Assembly (NCBI RefSeq): GCF_964213995.1
Contig: NC_135804.1
Coordinates: 59,644,001-59,708,000 of the forward strand
Length of the DNA stretch: 64,000 bases
Direction of reading: 5' to 3'
From: Mustelus asterias
Taxonomy: Eukaryota
The notes below the pieces were generated by a model. It was not told where the DNA came from, did no database searches, and saw nothing but the letters and a program-made list of their open reading frames with translations. Shown here piece by piece: positions 35,541 through 48,655 of this stretch (position 1 is the first letter of the stretch; every line of letters begins with the position of its first letter). Position numbers and translations under genes: made by a program.

Positions 35541-36366
35541 TGTGGTGATATAAACAGGGCCAAGTTTTAAGGCTGATAAAATTGGATATCCTAAATTAAA
35601 GAATTGGCCATATTCAAATCAAACGCAGTCAAACCTCAGGCAGGCCAATCATACAAACACACAAACGTGTCTGGGCCTGACCCATCAACCACCCATCAAA
35701 GGTCGTTGCACTCTACTTGAGACTTAGCAGGAGATCGTGGCACCTCATTGAAATGCATCGGCCTATTGTTAGAAGTGCAGATCGAACCAGACTTTCTGTC
35801 ACCAAGAGTTCCTGTAGATACCTTATATGATAACAAGTTCAACGACATGGAGATGGACATCTGGGGGGGCGGACCCTGGTGTCCTGTCAGGCAGACATCA
35901 AGAAACCCACTGGGTTTTGGAACCCTATCCTGGGACCTCATTGGCCGGAAGCCAGAGAAGTTTCTGGAAAGGCAAGCAGGCTGGGGGATAAAGGGACACA
36001 TTTTCAGACACACTGCAGCGAAGACTCGACAGGGGAGACGGCCGTGACCATTCGGAAGACTGACCTGAGAAGGAAGGCAAGAAGCAGCGACCATCGAGAC
36101 TCACCTTCGTGATGACGGACCAGAGGGACTTAGAGAATCGGACCAGCAGTTCAACCAAACTATCTTTACGGGTAGTATACTTGAATCTGCTGGGTTATCC
36201 TCTTGTTTTATGTGGGTAATTTAAGGATTAATAATGTTATTATTGATAAACTTGTTGAACCTTTACTTGTGTTTGTCCTTTGTCCATCTTGCAAATAAGG
36301 GCACCGGGGTAAAACCTTGGAGTAAGTAAACTAGTTGAAAGTATCTGAGAATTAACAGGTACAACA
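35541..36366 (+). mobile_element. Solo LTR (826 bp) with 4-bp TSD CCAT
   Basis: ccat|TGTGGT...ACAACA|ccat. The flanks rejoin into continuous CR1 sequence. Internal CCAAT, ccggaag and TATA-like gataaag motifs. Strand is tentative. Confidence 0.85.
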
Positions 36367-38334
36367 CCATCTATATCTTCTTATAGGTAGTTAGCCTTGC
36401 TGCTAACCACCTGGCAAATCTTTGTGTCATCTGCAAACTTATTAATGCTTCCCCACGAAGTCATCAATATCATTTCCATAAAGGACAGATAATATAGGAC
36501 CCAACACGGATCCCTGTGGTATGCAAATCGACTATGGCTTCCAGTCACGAAAGCAGCCTTCTGCCATCTCTCTCTCGTACAATAGAACCAATTCTGAATC
36601 CACTTTATCAAATTGTCCTCTTCCCATGTGCATTTACCTTCTTTACAAGTCTCCTACTGGGAACATTATCAAAGGCTTTGCTGAAAACCATTTTAACTAC
36701 GTCGACTGCACTACCCACGTACACACACCTGGTAACCGCCTCAAAAAATTCAATCAAATTTGTTCGGCATGATCCCCCCCTGATGAAGCAACAATGACTA
36801 TCCAAGTGGGTATAGATTCTCTCCATCAGAATTTTCTCCAAAGGTTTCCCTGCCAATGACGTAAGACTCACTGACCTGTACTTCTTTGCTTTATCTCAGC
36901 AACCCTTCTTAAATAGTGGAACCGCATTGGCTGTTCTCCAGTCATCTGGCAACTCCCCCGTGGCCAGAAAGGAATTGAAAATTTGGGTCAGAACACCTGC
37001 AATCTCCTCCCTTGTTTCCCAGAGCAGCCTAGGGCAAATCCATCGGGACCTGGAGATTCATTCTCTTTTAAGGCTGACAACGCTTCCAATACCTTGTCCT
37101 TCCCTATGTCAATTTGCTCAAGAACCTCACAGTCCCTTTCCCTGAATCCCATACCATCGTCCTCATTGCCTTGGGTAAAAGAGGATTCATTCAATCTCTA
37201 CCAATGTCCTCTGGTGCCACCTACGGATTGCCCTCTTGGTCCCTAATGGGCCCCACTATTTCCCTCGTTAACATCTTCCCATTGATATTATTAGAGAATA
37301 TATTGCGATTTTCTCTTCTTTTACCAGACTGAAATTTCCCATACCCCCCCCCCCCATGCTTTCCTATTCGCTTCCTTAAGCTCCAACCTGCACTTCCTAT
37401 ACCTCACTAATGTTTCCACTGAATTGCTCCCTTTCTACTTCATAAAAAGGCTTTCTTTTCCTTCTCATTGTATTGTGAATATCTCTGGTCATCCATGGTG
37501 TTCTTAGCTTGTTATGCCTTCCTGTCACCCTGGAGGGAACATGCAGGACTTGCACCCTCCCCATTTCATGTTTGAATATCCCCACCCACCCCCCCCCCCC
37601 CCCCCCCCCCGCCCCACCCCACTGCTCTTCTGAAGATTTTGTCATTAGTAGCTGTTCCCAGTCTACCTTGGCCAGATCCTGAACTATTTTACTAAAATCC
37701 GCTCTCCCCAATCTAAAGTCTTTTTTTGCAGCTTGTCTATTTCCTTGTCCATAACAAGTTTGAATTGTACCATGTTGTGACCGCTATCACTAAAATGCTC
37801 CCCCACCATTTCCTCAACCTCTTGTTCGGCTTTATTCCACATAATTGGGTCTAGCATAGATCCTTCCGTTGTTGGACCTTCTACATATTGATCTGCAAAG
37901 TTCTCCTGCACATATTTCAAGTAATCTATTCCATCCAAGCCCTCACCTCTATGTATATTCCATTTATTGTTGGGAAAGTTAAAATCACCTAATATAATAA
38001 CCATATTGATATTGTTTTTACACACATCCGCAACTTGAGCACATATTTTCTGCTCAATATCCCTCTGACTATCTGGGGGTCTATAATAAAGACCTAACAA
38101 TGTGGCTGTCCCTGTTCTATTCTTAAGCTCTACCCATAAAGTTTCATCAGAACCCCTTTCCAAAATTGATTCCCTTCCAAAATTGATTCCTTCATTAATA
38201 ATGCAATGCCTCCTCCTCTTTTATCTCCTCCCCTGTCCTGTCTGAAGATTCTATATCCCAGATGTTGAGTTGCCAATCGTGCCCTTCCTTCAACCATGTC
38301 CCCGTGATGGGCACGATATCACATTCCGTATGTG

Positions 38335-38568
38335 CCACTCAACTCAACCGAATCAAACAATTCAAGAACATCTACTTTCCTGCTGCCATCAGACCTTTGA
38401 ATGGGGCCTATCTCATATTGAGTTGATCACTAGCCATGACTGTAACACTACATTCTGTACCCTCTCCTTTCCTTCTCTATGTACGGTATGCTTTACTTGT
38501 ATAGCATGCAACAAACAATACTTTTCACTGTATACTAATACATATGACAATAATAAATCAAATCAAAA
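38335..38568 (+). mobile_element. Rex1/Babar 3' fragment
   Basis: ttcaagaaca..tttcctgctgccatcagac...gacaataataaatcaaatcaaa tail. Confidence 0.8.
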
Positions 38569-39619
38569 TTATCACCTTCAATTCATCCGTTTTACCTGCA
38601 ATTCTCCTGGCGTTAAAGTAGAAGCCATCCAGCCTGGCGTTACTCCCTTGAAACTTGATGCAGCTGCAATCCCTCTGACTTGATTGTTTTACTCTATGAT
38701 TTGGTGCCCTTATTCTGTGCACCCCCCCCCCCCCCGCCCCCCTCGCGCCCTTACCCCCACCACATTAATTTAAACTCCGCCCAACAGAACTAGCAAGAAT
38801 GTTAGTTGTCCCAGTGATCCAGCAGTCTAAAACCCTCCTTCTGCACCAACTCTTAAGCCACGCATTAATCTGCAGCATCCTACTATTTCTGTGTTCGCTA
38901 GAACGTGGCATTCGGATTTCGACCCGAGAGGTCCTGCTTTTTAATCTAATGCCTAACTCCCTGAATACTTGATGCAAGACCTCACCCCTCTTTCTATCAT
39001 TGGTACCAATATGTATCATGACCTCTGCCTAATCACCCTCCCCCTTCACGATACACGGCAGTCATTCAGTAACATCACGGACCCTCGCACTAGGGAGGCC
39101 ACCTATCATCCTGGAGTAACGTTGATGGACACAGTAGCGCCTATCTCTCACCCGATTATAGAATCCCCTATTACCATTCAGCTGCTACTCTCCCCTCCCC
39201 CTCCTGTACAGATAGGCTGCTTGTGGTCCCAGAAGCTTGGCTCTGCCAACACCGCCTCGAGGAACGAGCGCCCTCATCAGGCTCCAAAATAGAATACCGA
39301 TTTGCTAGTAAGACACCAGGGGACTCCTGAACTAACTGCCTACACCTTCCTTCCTCTAATTCCTTCAGCTGCGGTGCAACCACCTTCCTAAATGTGCTAT
39401 CCACAATGTTCTAAGACTCGCGGGTGCTCCACGATGTCTCCAGCGCCCATTCCAGCTCCGAAACCCGAGCTTCAAGGAGCTGCAGCTGCCTCCTTTTCAG
39501 CACTCATGCTGGCCCCGGGCACTGTAATTGTGCCCGGCCTCCCAGATGGAGCAAGAAGATCCAACCACAGCTCCGAGCTCTATCAAATTGCAGAGATTGC
39601 TTTGGAAAAGTGCCCTTGC

Positions 39620-40700
39620 ATTGGAAGAAATGAAATGCAACCCCATTATTCAAAGAGAGGTGGAAGAGAAAACTTTGAATAAAAAGCAAGTTAACCTGAC
39701 CTCAGGAATAGGGCAAACCCAAAATCCATTGGAAAGGACATTCTAACAGAGCAAGTAGAAACTTAGGCAGAGCTCATTCAGATTTATGAAAGGAAAATGG
39801 TGTTTGACGAGTTCATCAGATAGTTGTAGGTTGTAACGAGTAAGACTAATGAGGGATAATTAATGGCTTTGGTACAGTTGAACATTCAAAAACAAAATAG
39901 CCCATATGCGCCAGATGATAAACGATCAAACTGTGCTACCTTAGAAGGGCGTACTGAATGAACGTGGCTGAAAGATATATCAGCAGAGAGGAAAGAAAAC
40001 TGAGAAATATATTGCCCATTTTGGGTTGGCAGGCTATAACTAACACAACACCATAAGAATCAGCGCTTGCACTTGACGATTTGCAATATATGTGATCAAC
40101 AGAGATGACTGGGTTCAACGCAATGATCCTTTTTCGGCGGTACAATGTTCCATGGCGCAGTAAACTGTGAGAAGGACGCAAAAAACATTGCAAAGGAATG
40201 TAAGCTGAAGTGAGTGCTGAAGAAAATTGCGGATGAGAAGCAACGTTTTGAAATGTGAAGCTATCCACGTTGCAAGGAACAAAAAACGAAAAGGAGAATA
40301 TGTTTTAAACGTGAGAGAATCAGAAACGCTCCAATTCCAAAGGACCTGGGCGTCATTTGGCCCCAATGACCGGATATTAACATTCGCTACGGGAAAGCAA
40401 GAAATATGTTGATCGTTATTGCGATTGGATTGTAGTATACGTGTAAAAGTCCTTTTGTTCCTACTATTTCGCAGCGTCCTGTTCAGACAACATCTTCTAT
40501 TCCTGGAGTATTGTGTGCAATTTTGTTCTTCTCATCTCCATGAATATATCGTTAACTTCGAGGGACTGCAAAGTATGTGTACTGAATTTATTCATGTGAC
40601 GATGGCATTGTTCTATGAGAGAAACAATAGTAGACTAGGTCTATGTTATACCTAACTTTGAAGAATAGGAGGTTTCACATTGAAGTTTGTATAATTAGCA
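39620..40700 (+). mobile_element. Very old CR1 RT remnant
   Basis: KCEAIHVARNKKRKGEYVLN and LEYCVQFCSSHL. Confidence 0.65.
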
Positions 40701-40719
40701 GTGCGACACAAGGGAAAAC

Positions 40720-41760
40720 TCACCAAAGTTTGGAGTCATAACTACAACCAGGGAAGATGGATGTTCTTTTTTTGGAAGCTAATGATCTCAACCACGCAAC
40801 AACACTGCAGGACATAGTCATCGTAATATCCTAGACGCAATCATTTTCGGCTGCTTCGTCAGATACCTTCCGTCCATCATAGGGTCAGCAATGGGGATGT
40901 TCGCTGATAATTTGGGGGACTCTGGTATAGTAGAAGTGTCATTGGATTTGTAATCCAGAACCCTGGACCAATTCTCTGGAGACATGGGTTTTGATCCCTC
41001 CACAGTTGCTGGTGGAATTTGAATTCATAAATGAATCTGGAATTGTAAAACTAGCCTTAGTAATGCTGGAGATGGTCCTTACCTGACGCTCAAGTTGTGT
41101 TGTCAGTGATCAGTACAAACGATAACGTTGCCCAGCGCCTTATATTTCTGGAAACGGGTGTTTCATTAAATGAGGAGTTTTGAGGTAAATGTTCCGCCAT
41201 CATTAGCGAACACCAAACAACTGATATATAATGGATGGAAGGTAATCGAAATTTCGGAAGATGGTTTCAGAACATTAACTTGTGGATCTCCTGCAGCGAT
41301 CCCTGGCGTATGACGATTGAACTACAAAAATCATTGCCAACTTTCTTCCAGCTAGATATGATTCCATCCTGTTAAGAGTTTTCGTTCGTGTTCCAATCGA
41401 CTTTAAAATTACCAGGGGTCTATGATGCCACATTCTGTCAAGTGCTGTCAAAGTCAGTCACTCTGGAATTCAGCGCTTTTGTCAAGTTTGGACAAAGTCT
41501 GCAATGAGACTGAGAGCCGGCTGCTCCCGGCAAGGAAGCCAAACTGGGCACCAGAACATTGATGAATAACTGTCGCTTAGCCGCACTGTTGATGACAGAC
41601 TGCGTTACAGTTTCGATGATTTAGTGTAGAATGATAGGATGCAATTGGGCGGCTAGTATTACTCCCGCGAAGTCAGTTAACGGTTGTGGGAAAAAATGCC
41701 GACTGGAAAAAATGACGTGAATGTTTAATGATTTATAACCCAATGCTGCACAGGCAAGTT
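40720..41760 (-). mobile_element. Decayed CR1-group LINE RT remnant containing a SINE head (40910-41080, +)
   Basis: tgatgccacattctgtcaagtgctg is the reverse-strand remnant of an AAFDRVWH-type motif. Confidence 0.5.
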
Positions 41761-42869
41761 CCAAGGACCCTAAACAAAAGTCTGCAAACAAATAGAGCTG
41801 CAATTTTGCTGTGAGATGGTATCTTTGAAAATTGGAACGCATTCGTCCAAAGTTGCTCTCTTTCTTATTTTAGCCTTGCATGGAGCAATTTAAACGGACG
41901 GATAAATGCGTCCGTTTGAAGAGGTGACAAATTGAAAGTAATGCCCAAATTTCACTCACTTAATAACTTTTAAATTTAGGACATATTGCCGCAGATCACA
42001 TTTAAGAATGGGCTTGATTTGAAACTTGGTACTGGCCTGTTTCTAATCATTTTATGTGGCAGCAATGAACTGAACATCAGATCAAATGTAAACCTAGCCA
42101 TTTACGAAGTGAGAGTTATGGTTTAAACACTCACGACAGAGTCAATAAATAATTATCTGGGTACTGTTCCAATCAGCAGCGAAAGCAATTGAAGTAGCTC
42201 TCGTCCAAAGCCCCGTTTATAAAATCAAAGCTACATGTGTTCTCACCGGCATGGCTGAAAACACGCGTAATAACATCAATTCAAAGACAGTTGAAAAAAA
42301 TTAGCAGCACGACAACAGTGCGTTTAGAAAATTACTGTCTCCTCCCCACCGCCTATACTACTTTTAATTCTACTGCCCTGTTATCATCTGAAAAAATTAA
42401 ACGTGGGCAAATAAATCGACCTATGGCAGAAGAAAATTAATGAATTTACATTCTTATCCTGAGCCCAGCTATGTTGACCTGCTCAATCGAAAAGACTACT
42501 GCCACCAATAGCTGTTTAGATGAGCACATGGAATTCCAAGGCCAGTCGTGCAAATATACAATTACATAAACGAAACAATTTCTAGAAAGCAAAAGCAAGA
42601 ACAGAAGGGTCAAAGTCATAATCAATTTTCTGAGTTGTTCGTGGTTACTCGCAATATACTTAAATATATTAGTATCTCTGCCGAGGTGAAAATTTTCCGG
42701 TATAAAACTTTACAGTTAAGAAGATCAATAACAAGTACCCAATGGAAAATACAGGTGAATATTATAAATTGCCAAACAACAATTATAATTGCAGTGAATA
42801 ACACTAGACTACAATCTTGTAAAGTATATTAATTAACAGTTGAATTAAATACATTCTGGTTCGTAGGAA

Positions 42870-43310
42870 GATACACACATAGGGACATAGGACACAGGAA
42901 TAGGCCATTCAATTCTTCGAGCCTGCCGCTCCATTTAATGAGATTATGGCTGATCGTCCGTCTCATGGTCATTTTTCGCACGATCCCCATATTCCTTAAC
43001 ACAAAGGCAAAATACTGCGGACGCTGGAATCTGGAACAAAAGCAGAAAATGCTGGGGTACCTCAGAAGACCTGACGACATCTTTGGAGAGAGAATGGAGC
43101 TAAGATTTCGAGTCTGGATGACCCTTCGTCAGGGCTCAAATGTTGCTTCATACCTTCACTGTTTAGAAATCTATTGGTGTCTGTTTTGAGCAGCCTCACT
43201 GACCGAGTCCTCCGGGGTAGAGCATTCTCAAGATTTGTAACGCTCTGAGTGAAGAAATTACTCCTCATCTTAGTCCTAAAATGCCTATCCTTATTCTGAA
43301 GCAGCATATT
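42870..43310 (-). mobile_element. CR1 3' fragment with nested Penelope-derived insert
   Basis: FRTKMRSNFFTQSVTNLENALP and tail gaatggcctattcctgtgtcctatgt. Confidence 0.75.
42997..43137 (-). mobile_element. Penelope-derived short element carrying a hammerhead-ribozyme-like core (43132-43106)
   Basis: The minus strand reads CTGACGA-A-GGGTC-atcca-GACTC-GAAA, followed by ...ccagcattttctg...gattccagcgtccgcagtattttgc. Confidence 0.7.
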
Positions 43311-45114
43311 CTGCTCCTATCGGCCGGCATCCACCGTCACGGATACTACCCACCCTCACAAGCGAAAATCATCATTAATATTAGTAATTAAGTAAAGAAC
43401 AGACTGGCATATGGGTAGGATCTATATTTTTACTTATTTCATTTTGCACGCAATATTTTTGAAATTAGACCAAAATAATAAACATGCAGCCAAAGATTCC
43501 AGCAATTTCTACACATTTTCATGCAGAAGTGTAATGAGCAACTGATGAGTAGTGAACTTCCGTTGTGGATTTGCATATCAGCTGGACATCCCAGAGACAT
43601 TAAAGCGAGTCGCCTGCGACGCAGAATATCTGGAACAATTACACTAATATTGTATACACGGAACAAAACTTTTGTAATCTTGCACATCCCGAACAGTTGC
43701 CGGAGTGTGGCGACCAGGGAATTTTCACAGTAACTTAATTGCCGTGTTCATGTAAGCCTACCTGTGACACTAAGAAATAAACTAAAAAAAATTCTTAATA
43801 TATGAATGCCACTTAATTTAGATATAGTTTGATTCCTTGAGGGAAACTTCACACTTCCTCATGTTGTTTATATACTGCTCTGCTTTAATTGGTAAACGAT
43901 TCATTATTGTTTAAAACTGGGTGGATTGGTACACGGAAATAACTAGGAATGGTATAGTTGATCCTTGCTCTGCCTTCCTCAACTCTATTCCACGATTGAG
44001 CATCTAAATTAAAGTTCTACCCACTTCATAACAGCTCATGAACCATTTGTGTCGTTTGCTTTGTGGCACCCACAATATCATACCTCAGTGGAAAGCACCA
44101 GCTTGAACAACCTCATGCCAATCTTATTGCGAGCCTAAGGTTGACTGACTGTTGAAATATAAAGCAAGTGTTTCAGTATTTGGTCCAAGCTGTGTTTTGT
44201 AAAAATACTGGCACAGTCAACTGATCCGACATGGTATTTACCACTGACAGGTTGAAAGTGGTAAATTCGATGGTGAGGAACGTTTCAGGAATTGACGTTA
44301 TGTTTCGTGCTCTGAATGAATGTTCTACAGTTTTCCAATTTGCGAATATATCTGCAAACTAAACAAAAAGAAAGCAGAAGTTAGCGATTAACCTCTATCA
44401 AAATGACAGGTTACAAAATAATTCAGTGGTAGAAATGAATGTGTAAAGATAAAGATGGGCGGTCTAGAAATGTATTACTCAAAGCCAACTAGCGTAATGT
44501 TCTACTGCTTTTATTGGAACGATGTTTCTGATATTTTGATTTGAATGTTGCAAAATCGGGAAGAGAGCTTGCACAATAAGATGTTGCATTGATCCCATTC
44601 ATCCTATTGTGGTGATGCGGCAATGTCTCAGAATGTGATTAAATCGGTTGTGCCGCGGAGATATATGTGTTTACAATCCTTTCGCTTTAGAGTTCTGGTC
44701 AGGAAGCCTCAGTTCTCTTCGTGCCATTGTTAATATTAAGTCATCCGGTAAAACTCGCTGCCAAACAGCCGTATACCATAAACCGTGTACTGGTTATGAA
44801 GAAATAAGCCGTAAATCCAATGGTATCAGTCGCAAAAAACAAGAAGCGAATTGGCAGTTGTATGTCCTGGTGCGAGAATGGGCTTTCGCAAGAGAAGCGT
44901 GCTCGCGGTCTTGCCATTGAAGTTGTGCCACGAACAGAACACTAACCTGTTGTTGTCTGAACGAAGAATTGCAAAAACTGTGGTTGTGTCATGTTTGTGC
45001 GACTAGCCTCAATCCAACGAACGTTGCTGGAGATCTGAAGTGGAGAATTTGAAATCAGACTTAAAAATACAACTGGCAGCATGATTTGGAAAAGTATGTT
45101 TCAGGCAAACTGTT

Positions 45115-45480
45115 GGTTTTTTTATTGTTTGGATGTGGGTGTCGCTGGCTAAGCCTTTGCTAATTACTCTTGAACTGCATGGCATGCTAGGTCATTTCTG
45201 AGGGCTGTTTAGAGTCAACCATATTGTTGTGGACTTCAGGTCACATGTCGCGAAACCGGGTAAAAGCGGCAGATTTCCTTCCCTAAATGCCATTCGTGAT
45301 CCAGAAGAGTTTTACAACAACTAACAATGAATAGTTTCATGGCTGGCATTAGAACATTAATTCCAGATTTTCTTTAATCATTTAATTCAAATTGACTTCA
45401 TCGGCTGCGCTCCAATTCGAACCCTGGTCCTCGGCACATTATCCTGGGTCTCTGGAATACGAGTGGCAATACCACAGCCC
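45115..45480 (-). mobile_element. SlmI/MetaSINE-like SINE
   Basis: ggatgtgggtgtcgctggct...ggcagatttccttccctaaa...ttcgaaccc is the reverse complement of the 19420 copy. Confidence 0.75.
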
Positions 45481-45699
45481 CAATGTGCTATTCCTGCTTC
45501 CCCTATAGTCGAAGCGTTTTGCTAATCATCTTTCCGTTAGAGAAACATACATGGCCTCTGGACTACATATGACTCCAGTCCTAAACTATTATTGTGTACT
45601 CTAATCTGTTCCCTGAAAAGGGGAAGTAACGCAGTGAGTTGTAACGAAACGTCAAGGAGAACAGCACGTACCTCAAGACAAAATACTCCTAACATTGTA

Positions 45700-47670
45700 C
45701 GAATTCCACCAAATTAGTCAAAAATCACCTGCCCTTTATGAACCCATGCTGCGTCTTACCAATGGGACAATTTATATACCGATGTCTCGCTATTTCTTCC
45801 TTGATGATAGATTCAAGCATTTTCCCTACTACAGAAGTTAAGCTAAGTTAACCGGCCTATAGTTAGGGAATTCCACAGATTCACAACCCCTTATGTGAAG
45901 AAGTTCCTCCTCAACTCAGTCCTAAATCTGCTTCCCCTTATTTTGAGGCTATGCCCCCTGGCTCTAGTTTCACCCGCCAGTGGAAACAACTTCCCTGCTT
46001 CTATCTTATCTAGTCCCTTCATAATCTTATATGTTTCTATATGATCGCCCCTCATTCTTCTGAATTCCAATGAGTATAGCCCCAGTCGAGTCAGTCTTTC
46101 CTCGTAAGCCAACCCTCTCAACTCCGGAATCAACCTAGTGAATCTCCTCTGCACCCCCTCCAGTGCCAGCATATCCTTTCTCAAGTAAGGAGACCAAAAC
46201 TGTACACAGCACTCCAGGTGTGGCCTCACCAGCACCTTATACAGCTGCAACATAATCTCGCTGTTTTGAAACTCCATCCCTCTAACAAATTCCATTTGGC
46301 TTCTTAATTGCCTGCTGCACCTGAAAACCAACTCCTTGAGATTCCTGCACAAGGACACGCAGGTCCCTCTGCACAGCAGCATGTTGCAAGTTTTTACCAT
46401 TTAAATAATAATCCATTTTGCTGTTATTCCTACCAAACTGGATGACCTCACATTTATCAACATTGTACTCCATCTGCCAGTCCCCCGCCTACTCACTTAG
46501 ATTATTTATATCCCTTTGCAGATTTTCAGCGTCCTCTGCACACTTTGTTCTTCCACCCATCTTAGTGTCATCTGCGAATTTTGACATACTACACTTGGTC
46601 CCCAAGTCCAAATCATCTATGTAAATCGTAAACAATTGCGGTCCCAACACTGATCCCCGGGGCACACCACTAGTCACTGATCGCCAACCAGAAAAACACC
46701 CATTTACCCCCACCCTTTGCTTCCTGTTAGTGAACCAATCCTCTATCCATGCTAATACATTACTCGTAACACTGAGCACCTTTATCATATGTAACTGTCT
46801 TTGGTGCGGCACCTTGTCAAATGCCTTCTGGCAATCCAGATACACCACATCCACAGGCTTCCCATTGTCCACTGCACATGTAATGTTCTCAAAGAATTCC
46901 ACCAAATTAGTCAAACATCACCTGCCCTTTATGAACCCATGCTGCGTCTTACCAATGGGACAATTTATATCCAGATGTCTCGCTATTTCTTCCTTGATGA
47001 TAGATTCAAGCATTTTCCCTACTACAGAAGATAAGCTAACCGGCCTATAGTTACCTGCCTTTTGTCTACCTCCTTTTTTAAACAGTGGCGTCACATTTGC
47101 CGTTTTGCAATCTGCGGGAACCACCCCAGAGTCCAGCAAATTTTGGTAAATTACTACTAGTGCATTTGCTATTTCTCCCACCATTTCTTTTAGTACCCTG
47201 GGATGCATTCCATCAGGACCAGGAGACTTGTCTACCTTGAGCCCCATTAACTTGCCCAACACTACCTCCTTCATGATGATGACAGTTTCTCGGTTCTCAC
47301 CTGCCATAGCCTTCCTGTCATCAATGTTTGGCATCTTACTTGCATCTTTCACTGTAAAATCTGACACAAAATACCTGTTCAATGCCTCAGCCTTTTTCTC
47401 ATTTCCAGTTATTACATCCCCCTTCTCGTCCTGTAAAGGACCAATGTGTACTTGAGCCACTCTTTTTCGTTTCATATATTTGTGGAAACTTTTGGATCTG
47501 TTTTTATATTCTGAGCTAGTTTACTCTCATAATCCATCTTACCTTTCTTTATAGCTTTTTTCGTGGCTTTCTGCTGATCCCAATCCTCTAGGTTCCCACT
47601 CATCTTTGCCACTTTGTATGCATTTTCTTTCAATTTGATACCCTCCTTTATTTCCTTCGATATCCATGGA
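45700..47670 (-). mobile_element. CR1 ORF2 fragment (distinct subfamily) with internal duplication at its 3' end
   Basis: ORFs 46918..47475, 46489..46914 and 45891..46400 carry RT motifs. Bases 45701-45864 duplicate 46895-47053. Confidence 0.92.
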
Positions 47671-48600
47671 GACAAGAGGTTTAAAGGAACAGCACAAGAT
47701 CAGAGATATCTGACGTTTGGAGTGGAAATGCGCTACAGCTCAACCCTATCCACCGATTAATAAAGGTTAGTCCAGCTGACATGTTGCGAGAAGCACGACT
47801 CATAATATCATGCTAGCTTTTTGATTCAGATCTACTAAATCGACACAAAGCAGGAACCTACCACAGGCTGAATGTCTGGTCCTTACTTCGTTAAAGTTTC
47901 ATATCTCTTTGCAATCATCTGAATGTGTCGTTTTCCTTCGCTTCTGCTCGCAGCTCCATGCGCAGCTATCACTAAACATTTTCATGAACATTCTTCGCTG
48001 CTGGACTGAAGCACGTGGATTTGGGCCAAATTTTCAGCTCTGGTTGAATGAAGCTAAAATTTGCCTCAGCAATTCTGGTCTAGAGAAAGACAGATGAGCG
48101 GGATGATTAATCCGAATTGCTATTCCTGAGATTTTTGCGAGAATTCTGGATGCGCGGAGGCTGGTGGAGATCTGGATGGCACTTCGCTCAGAGCGCCCAA
48201 GGCTATTTATTTGCTCACTTACACTGCCTATCCTCTTGCACGAAGACAAACCCCTTAGATGAGATGCTGCAGAATTGCCCACTCCTGCGGTCTGAATCGA
48301 CATTTTGAGGAATGATCAACGGTAGATGTTGACGAAGAAGATTATTAGAACATAGTGATACAGGAGCGGATGAAAAAGCATTGCTTTTCGCATGGAAACT
48401 TCGAACGCTTAGGAGGAGACCTCCGACTTCCCGGACTCTCACCATTACCGATCACAATACACAACTTTAGCCATGTGATATCTCGTGTCATGGTCACACA
48501 TTCCGTTTCTTTGTACATGCAATCAATTTCTTTACCAAATCATTCAAGGCATCGTTGTTATTTGCTGCGAGTGGCAAACGTTTATTCTTCATTTTACAGT

Positions 48601-48655
48601 ATGTCGCTGAGAACTGCAGTTCAGTGTATGGTTCTTCTGTGGATGGTCTGGACAG
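48601..48655 (+). CDS. Gene B leader exon
   Basis: [18 protein letters not shown] plus G|gtactg, 55 nt, phase 1. It is preceded by acceptor-like ttcattttacag, suggesting an upstream non-coding exon. Confidence 0.8.

Larger units (their letters stand above)
34870..39560 (-). mobile_element. Near full-length decayed CR1 (ORF1+ORF2), interrupted by a solo LTR and a Rex1 fragment
   Basis: ORF1 remnants (IHIGTND, NRYSILE), APE (LYYRPPDS, ILGDFNFP), RT ([23 protein letters not shown]) and C-terminus (VRPQLEYCVQF). Confidence 0.85.

Noticed and set aside
44648-44920. 90-aa ORF with acceptor, vaguely Ig-like
   Set aside because: There is no coherent Ig cysteine/tryptophan framework in any single frame.
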